NCBI GenBank assembly: GCA_964016885.1
Contig: OZ024743.1
Coordinates: forward strand, 255,750,001 to 255,814,000
DNA length: 64,000 nucleotides
Direction: 5' to 3'
From: Eledone cirrhosa
Lineage: Eukaryota
Part shown: positions 55,558 through 64,000 of the stretch, piece after piece
Numbering within the stretch: the first letter of the stretch is position 1
Layout of the letters: every line of letters begins with the position of its first letter
The notes under the pieces: generated by a model
Seen by the model: the letters and a program-made list of their open reading frames with translations, nothing else
Database searches by the model: none
What the model was told of the DNA's origin: nothing
Translations under genes and position numbers: made by a program

Positions 55558-58354
55558 ACGTGACAGAGTGTCTTTATATCCTTACCAGAAGACGTGACAG
55601 AGTGTCTGTTGTAAACACTAAATCCCTCCCCCATGAAGAATGCACCTCCCAACATAGACTGATAATTAGCGACCTCATAGTCAGGACGAGACGTACCCGA
55701 CAGCAGAAGAGGACTATCCTCAGGAGGAAAATATGGAAACTAAAGGACCCCACAGCCAGAAATAAATTTCAAAGCATATTACTTGATGCTTTCGACAGTA
55801 AGGAAGAGCATCTAGAATCGGACAATATAGAGGGACAGTGGAAATTTCTGAAAGCAAACCTGCTGTTGGCGACAGACGAGGTCTGTGGCTGGAGCAGGCC
55901 TGTAGGCAGGAGGAGAGTAACATGGTGGTGGAACAATAGGGTGGAGGGGTCAATTAAGGCCAAAAAGCAGGCTTGGAAAGTATGGCGGGATGGGGGAAGT
56001 AGAGTAGACTATCAAGTGGCCAGGAGGGAAGCTAGGAGAGAAGTGTACTTAGCAAGAAGGGAAGCTGAGGAAAGAAAGTTCAAGCATGTTCTACAACGCG
56101 ATGACCAAAAACGTGAGGTGTTCAGGATTGCCAGGCAATGCGTCAAGGAAAACCGTGATATTGTCGGGGAGAAGTGTGTACTTAACGATGATGGCATCGC
56201 CGACTTGCCATCACCGACACTGATAAGAAGGTAGCTTGGAAGTGTCACTATGAAAGGCTACTAAATGAGGAGAATAAATGGGAGAAAGACAGTCTCCCCC
56301 ATATCGACCCGATAGAGGGACCAGCAGTGTTAGTCGAGGGGAGTATAATAAGTAAGGCAATCAAGGATATGAAGACTGGTAAGGCGGCTGGGCCTTCGGA
56401 AATAGTTGCTGAGATGCTGAAGGCATCTGGCACGGTGGGACACACCATGGTCACCCGCATATTTAACCAAGTCGTACAGAATGGGGTTGTTCCGAAGGAC
56501 TGGCATAGCAGCAGCATCGTTAACTGTTATAAGGGTAAAGGAGACGCCCTAGATAGGAGTAACTATAGAGGCATTAAATTAATCGACCAGGTCATGAAGG
56601 TCACGGAAAAAGTAATAGCGCAACTAATCAGAGAGAGAATTGATCTAGATGAAATGCAGTTCGGGTTTGTGTCAGGCAAAAGCACCACAGACGCTCTTTT
56701 CATAGTACGACAACTACAGGAGAAGTACCTAGCTAAAGGTAAACCCCTCTACTTAGCTTTTGTCGACCTGGAGAAAGCCTTCGACAGAGTCCCCCGCTCC
56801 ATTATCTGGTGGGCTCTTAGAAAACTAGGCGTTGACGAATGGCTTGTGAGGGCTATACAAGCCATGTATAAAGAAACAGTCAGCAAGGTTAGAATTAACA
56901 ACGAATATAGTGAAGAGTTTAGCGTAAAAGTTGGCGTCCATCAGGGCTCTGTTCTCAGCCCCCTACTATTTATTATTGCCCTTCAGGCTATAACAGAGGA
57001 GTTCAAGACAGGCTGCCCATGGGAACTCCTATACGCAGACGACCTGACACTCATAGCGGAATCAATGGCCGAGCTAGAGAAGAAATTCCAAACATGGAAG
57101 CACGGCCTAGAGTCAAAAGGACTTAAAATTAACCTCGCTAAGACCAAAGTTCTAGTTTGTAGGAAAGAAAACAAGGCGGCGGTCCCTTCTGGGAAATGGT
57201 CATGCTCGGTATGTAGGAAAGGCGTAGGTAGAAACTCCATCTTATGTCCTAAATGCAAAGTATGGGTGCATAAAAGATGTAGTGGGATCACAGGTAAGCT
57301 AACTAAGAACATAGACTTTACATGTGGCCGGTGTTCTGGTGCAATAAGTAGCAGCAAGTGCCCACAAAATACTAGCTCTTTCAATTGCGCAGAGGGTTCT
57401 ATAGAAATAGTGGACAGCTTCCGTTACCTGGGCGATAAAATCAGCAGTGGGGGAGGGTGCTCTGAAAGTACTGTAGCTAGAGTCAGAACTGGTTGGAAAA
57501 AGTTCAGAGAGCTTATACCACTATTAGCTGCTAAAGGGTTCTCCCTAAAAATGAAAGGCAGGTTGTACGATGCCTGCATACGAACAGCAATGTTGCATGG
57601 TAGTGAGACCTGGGCATTGTGTGCAGAGGATATACGCAGACTAGAGAGGAACGATGCTTGCATGCTCCGCTGGATGTGTAACAGTAATATACGTGAACGG
57701 CAAAGCATAAACGAACTAAGGAAAAAATTAGAGATAAGAGGGATCAGATGTTGTTTACTCGAGAGAAGGCTGCGTTGGTATGGACACGTGATGCGCATGA
57801 AAGTCGATAGCTGTATTACAAAGTGCAGGGCAATAAAGATAGACGGTAGCCACGGAATAGGCAGACCTAGAAAAACATGGGATGAGCTGATAAACTCCGA
57901 CCTCACACACTTACACCTCTCCAAGACAATGTCACTGGACCGTGACCTTTGGCGGTACTCAGTAACAGAGAAGACCCGCCTTGCCAGTAGGCATCTCTAA
58001 CAAACTACACCCCGTCCCGCCACCACCCCCACCCCATCCACACCACCCCGTTCCATGTAAAGTTATGTTGGTGCCGCGCCATCCAGGTCGAAACAAACGA
58101 GATCGTGTAGGTGTCACGACAAAAAAACACACAGTCCACGCTGTAATGTGGCCGTGTAGGCAACACGGTAAAAACCTCCCAGACCCACACTGTAAATGTG
58201 GTTGGTGTTAGGAAGGGCATCCAACTGTAGAAAACCTGCCAGACAGTCCTATGCGAGCAAGACAATCACTCTTGCCTCAAGTGGGACTACCCCCGTCCAA
58301 ACCCATGCAAGCGTGGAACACGGACGTTAAACGTTGATGATGATGATGATGATG

Positions 58355-58356
<2 letters not shown>
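55553..58356 (+). mobile_element. 5'-truncated young RTE LINE
   Basis: 557-codon open RT-to-C-terminus frame at 56327-58000; 3' UTR; (GAT)n tail; TA on both flanks. Confidence 0.97.
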
Positions 58357-58405
<49 letters not shown>

Positions 58406-58431
58406 TACATATATATATATATATATATATA

Positions 58432-59994
58432 TAAAGTACCTAGCTAAAAGTAAGCCACTCTACTTGGCATTCGTCGACCTCGAGAAAGCCTTTGACAGAG
58501 TTCCACGTGCTGTAATCTGGTGGGCTCTTAAAAAACTAGGAGTAGATGAATGGCTTGTGAAAGCGGTCCAAACCATGTATAGGGGAGCAGTCAGCAAAGT
58601 TAGGATTAGCAATGAGTATAGCGAGGAATTTAGCGTACAGGTTGGGGTCCACCAGGGCTCTGTTCTTAGCCCCCTCCTGTTCATCATAGTCTTGCAGGCA
58701 ATAATGGAAGAGTTTAAGACTGGATGCCCATGGGAACTCCTGTATGCTGATGACCTCGCACTCATAGCTGAATCTATGGTTGAACTAGAGAATAAATTCC
58801 AAACTTGGAAGCAGGGACTAGAAAGAAAGGGTCTCAAAGTCAACATGACAAAGACTAAGGTCCTTGTAAGTAGACGAGAAAACAGACCCCAGATCCCCTC
58901 TGGGAAATGGCCTTGCTCAGTATGTAGGAAAGGTGTAGGTAGGAACTCCATTATCTGCCCCAAATGCAAACAATGGGTACACAAGAGATGTAGCGGGATC
59001 TCAGGAAGCTTAAATAAGAATGTAGGCTTTACATGTAGCAGCTGTGCTGAGACAGCAAGCAGCAAACAGCCACAGGAAACAAGTACCACCAATCTCTGGG
59101 AGGGCTCTGTAGAAACAGTAGACAGCTTCTGCTACCTAGGTGACCGAATTAGCAGCGGAGGTGGGTGTTCAGAAAGTACAATAACTAGGGTAAGAATGGG
59201 ATGGAAGAAGTTTAGGGAACTACTACCACTGCTAGCTGCAAAAGGCTTCTCCCTCAGAAAGAAAGGCAGACTGCATGATGCGTGTATCCGAACAGCAATG
59301 TTACATGGTAGTGAGACCTGGGCGCTGAAGGTGGAAGACTTACGTAGATTAGAGAGAAACGAAGCCTGCATGCTCCGATGGATGTGTAACAGTAATATAC
59401 ATGAACGACAAAGCATAAATGAATTGAGAGAGAGACTGAGCATAAGAGGAATCAAATGCTGTGTGCAGGAGAGGCGGTTGCGCTGGTATGGACATGTGAT
59501 GCGTATGAAGTATGACAGCTGCATAAAAAGGTGCAGAGCACTAGAAGTTGATGGAAACCGCGGAGTGTAGAGACCCAAGATGACCTGGGATGAGGTGATA
59601 AAAGCCGACCTTACCCAATTACACCTCTCAAAGGCAATGACACACGACCGTGACTTCTGGCGTCACGCAGTAATACAGAGTACCCAACCTCCCATGGGTA
59701 CAAGCTGAAGCATATAGACAATATGCCCCCACCCCCCACCCCACCGCAAGGTGGTCATGGAGGTGCCACAGCAAAAAAGAACCCAACCCACACTGTAAAG
59801 TGGACGTGTAGGCGCCACGAAAAAGCACCCAGTACTCACTGTAAATGAGGTTGGTGTTAGGAAGGGCATCCAGCTGTAGAAATCAAGCCAAATCAGTTCC
59901 TGTATGAACAAGGCATGGTCAGCCGACCAGACACTGCCCACAACAGGACAACCCGTCTAACCCATGCTAGCATGGAAGAACGGACGTAAAACGG

Positions 59995-60028
<34 letters not shown>
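58432..60028 (+). mobile_element. 5'-truncated RTE LINE, sister family
   Basis: ORF 58464-59570 with RT motifs; (GAT)n tail; TA flanks. Confidence 0.95.
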
Positions 60029-60389
60029 ATATATATATATTATGTAGCTAAAATGTGTATGCATGTATTTAGAGAGTACAGTTAATATTCTAAGTATTTT
60101 TGGCCATAAATATGATGTGTAACAATTTCCTAATAGAAAATGATTTCTTAAAAAGCCAGAAATATCAAGAGATACTTAACAAAAGATGAGAAATGTATAA
60201 ATAGAAGGAGATGAAATATTCATATCCCCATTTTGTGTATTCTATTGTGCAGTAGACTGAAATTAAATGAAACCTTTTATTTTTTTCACTAACTTCAAAT
60301 ATCAAGTGATATTTATCATTGGTTACTAACTGCCAGGAAAAAATAGATAATAAATAATATTTCAGTTATTATTATTTATCATTATTATT

Positions 60390-60570
60390 TGGCAGTATCG
60401 GTAGAGGGTCGGACGCCATGCTTTGCAGCACAGTTACGTCCCTTTACGGACTGAGTTCAAATCCTGCCGAGGTTTACTTTGTCTTACATCCTTACGGGGT
60501 CGATAAAACAAGTACCAGTAATACACTGGGATAATTGCTGGCCTTGTGCCAAAAAGTAGAAACAATTATT
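60390..60570 (+). mobile_element. Full tRNA-derived SINE
   Basis: Same family as 51033-51213; a partial copy also lies at 61036-61205. Confidence 0.9.
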
Positions 60571-60589
60571 ATCATTATTTTTATTATTT

Positions 60590-61600
60590 TGCACGTTATC
60601 ACTGCATTATCGAGCACAGCTCTGTGTGCCATGGGTATGTACAGTCTGGTTTTTGGCGATGTTATTTCGATTGTATTGAGAGTACTCTTCATAATATGTG
60701 TGTGGTGCCTAGTAGTGCTAACATTTTGTATGCTGTATATATTTGTGAGTCCTGGAGTTTGGGTTATGTATTTTTCTGTGTGCTTTTTTATCATTCTCAG
60801 AGCACATATTTATTATTATTATTGTTGTTGTGTTATTTCATTTAGATCAGTTCTGTTTCTTTATTGCCAGGTTCAGGCCTTGAACCTAGGGCAATAGATG
60901 TTTTCATTGTAGAGAGAAAACTCCTCTGAGAATGTGTGCTGTTGCGAGTAACCCGACCTTCTGTAGCTCATATTTGCTGTTCTGGATTTGCAGTATCACT
61001 AGAGTCAGATACCATGATTTGCAGCCTAGAGTTACAGTCCTTTACGGTCTGAGTTCAAATCCTGCCGAGGTTAACTTTGCCTTTCGTCCTTACAGGGTTG
61101 ATAAAATAAAGTACCAGTCATGCACTGGGGTCGATTAAATCAACTTTCTCCTCCCCCAGAATTGCTGGCCTTTTGCCTATATAAGAAACCATTATTATTA
61201 TTATTATTATTTTCATTATTATTATTTCGTTTTTCTTAACCTAAACATTTCATTGTTCTTCCATCGTTATTTTTTCTTTTGGTTTGCTAGATATTAAACT
61301 GTCTCCTACAGCCTTAGGTATATCTAGTATCATCCTTATGCTTCTTGATGTGCCAAGGAGGCAAACATTTGCAATAGCTCTACTGGACACTCTATTTCTA
61401 TTTTCTTTTAGTTCCTTTAAATTTCTTTTCTAACTGTACCCAAGGCCCCAATTACAATCAGCACTCTCTTCACTTTTTTCATTTTCCACTGCTGGGCTAT
61501 CTCGTATTTAAGAAATTTAAGAAGATTGTACGTCTACTTTCTCACCTTTCCTCTTTAATATCCATGAGTCAAATGGGAATGCAATGCCGATTACAATACA
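60590..61600 (-). mobile_element. Three 3' fragments of R4/Dong-like (restriction-like endonuclease) retrotransposons
   Basis: ALRMIKKHTEKYITQTPG (60590-60815), YELQKVGLLATAHILR (60835-60995), LKYEIAQQW..IVIGALGTV..CLLGTSR (61300-61600); each abuts (TAA)n-like tracts. Confidence 0.7.
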
Positions 61601-62776
61601 CACAATGATTATGATGATCATTATTTAATGTCCAATCTTCCATGCTGCTTAAGTTGGAAAATGCTAATAATGATGGATAAAAGTTGTGATAAACCTCACA
61701 GCTAATAAAACTCAAGTATATATATATATAAACCTAATTAAACCTAATTAAACATTCTAAATAGCAACTCACTATAGTTCAATGTGACATACCATTTGTT
61801 AGTATCCTCTTCTCCTAATTATACGCCTTCCTGTTTATTTTTTTATTTTTTAACCTTTTAATTTTTTAGCTTCCATAGATTCATGCGTTACTGACTAAGG
61901 GCATCAAGGTACATAACCACCTGTAATTGCATGGGTATACATGTATCTATGTATGTATGATAAGAGAATATATATATATATGTATATATATATATGTGTG
62001 TATGTGTGTGTATATGTGTATGTACATGTGTGTACATGTATAAGTGTGTATATTTATATATATATTTGTGTGCGTGTATATATGTATTTATATATGTTTA
62101 TATCTATGTATGGGTATGTATGTTTTTAATGGAGTATCAATGTATTTATACTTCTATCTATATATGTGGATATATGTACTTTTGTGATCTAAGAAAATTA
62201 TGCGTTTTGACTATAAGTCAACATGCATTTATCTAAGTTTGATTACTCACACATAGACCCACTTGAAAATATTTACTATTTTATATTTTATGATGCATCA
62301 TACGCTATACTGCCTAAAGTAGAAACAATTATATTATATTATTATATTATCATATTTTATTTTCTCATTATAATTTTCATCTTTTAATATACAATCCTTC
62401 CTAGTTATGACCATTACTTTACCTATCTATATATATCCTAGTTATTTCTGTATATTTTATATTTACTTATTTATATTCACCTAAAAATTCCATACAACAC
62501 AACTCAACATTTAATTTTTACATTCCTTTTTAAACTTCACTCCACCATCTACATTCCACTATCAATATAACAATTCCTTTTTATTTATAGGTTCTTTATA
62601 GTAATTCTATTTTTAACACCATTCAACCATTCCTTTCAAAGGGTCATAACCTCAACTAAGGTGAGTTATATTTCATCTTAACATCATATGGCAAAAAACC
62701 ATTTGATTGGTTTGTTCTTCAGCTACCTCCAAATAAGGTCATAGAATTCAATTTACAATTGATTTTGAATAAAATT

Positions 62777-62922
62777 TTCATTGCTTTTAACAACGGCTGG
62801 TGATATACATGTAGATAAATATATTCTTTATTTCATATTTTGTAACTAACCCTACATAGATCGATAACAAAATATGCGTACGATATATTATTATCACCTA
62901 GAAACGATCGTAAAGCAGTGAA
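62777..62922 (+). ncRNA. Non-canonical hammerhead-like motif with very long helix II
   Basis: TTCATTGCTT pairs with AAGCAGTGAA; core TTAACAA; GGTGATA...TATCACC; GAAAC-GATC-GTA. Confidence 0.55.
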
Positions 62923-62985
62923 GTATATTTCTAATGACTTGAATTTTTATTTCATTGTTTTAACTTATATATATATATATATATA

Positions 62986-64000
62986 ACTCTCATAGCTGAA
63001 ACTATGGCTGATCTAGAGAAGATCTTCCCTGTTTGAAATTCCAAACATGGAAGCATGGCCTAGAATCAAAAGGCCTTAAAGTTAACTTGTCTAAGACTGA
63101 AGTTCTAGTATGTAGAAAGGAAAATGGAACACAGGTGCCCTCTGGGAAATGGCCATGCTCAGTGTGTAGGAATGGAGTATGTAGAAATTCCATTTTATGT
63201 CCCAAATGCAAACTATCGGTACATAAAAGAAGTAATGGGATCACATGTAAGCAATCTAAGAACGTAGATTTTATATGTGGCTGATGCTCAGCTGCAAAAA
63301 GTAGCAAGTGCCCACAGGATACTAGCTCCTTCTATTGCCCAGATGGTTCTATAGAAATAGTGGACACTTTCCGTTACCTGGGTGACAAAATCAGCAGTGG
63401 TGGAGGGTGCTCTGAAAGTACAGTAGCCAGAGTTAGAACGGGGTGGAAAAGGTTCAGAGAGCTTATACCACTATTGGCCACAAAAGGTTTCTCTCTAAAA
63501 ATGAAAAGCAGATAATATGATGCCTGTATACGAACAGCAATGTTACATGGCAGTGAGACATGGGCATTTTGTGCAGATGACCTGCATAGACTGAAATGGA
63601 ATGAAGCATGCATGCTCCGTTGGATGTGTAATAGTAATATATGCGAACGGCAAAACATAAATGAACTAAGTGAGAAATTAGGAATAAGAGGGATCAGAAG
63701 CTGTTTACTTGAGAGAAGACTACGTTGGTATGGTCAGGTGATGTGCATGAAAGACAACAACTGTATAAAAAATTGCAGGGTGATCAAAATTGATGGAAGT
63801 AACGGAGTAGGTAGACCCAGAAAAACCTGGGATGATTTGATAAATTCCAACCTTACACACTTTCACCTCTCTAAGACAAATGTCTCTAGACCGAGATCTT
63901 TGGCGCCACACGGTAATACAGTAGACCCACCATGCCTATGTACAAAGCGAAGCCTACAGTCAGTAGACACCTGTTAACCAAATATACACTCCAACCCACT
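62986..64000 (+). mobile_element. 5'-truncated RTE LINE running off the window
   Basis: HGLESKGLKVN, WPCSVC, MLHGSETW, GRPRKTW; starts in (TA)n. Confidence 0.93.

Noticed and set aside
57424-57924. Long antisense ORFs over RTE C-termini (also 58460-59092, 2911-3432)
   Set aside because: Shadow frames of the LINE coding strand

Overview
AT-rich, microsatellite-dense animal DNA made up almost entirely of transposon debris. The repeat content suggests a coleoid cephalopod such as Octopus, which is inference. Most ORFs in the track are (TA)n/(CA)n artefacts. Recognisable content: RTE-clade LINEs of several families (two near full-length), a BovB-like RTE, Penelope-like elements (PLEs) with RT and GIY-YIG domains resembling the Naiad type, a CR1 LINE, R4/Dong-like 3' ends, tRNA-derived SINEs, a non-autonomous Helitron, a mariner relic, a ~53-bp minisatellite and one candidate host exon. 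The main signal is a PLE-linked system of about ten type I hammerhead ribozyme motifs, plus non-canonical variants, carried on fold-back (inverted-arm) insertions from 3.5 kb down to ~140 bp and nearly all embedded in (TA)n. A coiled-coil ORF relic is joined to one terminal module at a predicted cleavage site. All calls come from reading the sequence by eye; no database search or folding program was run.
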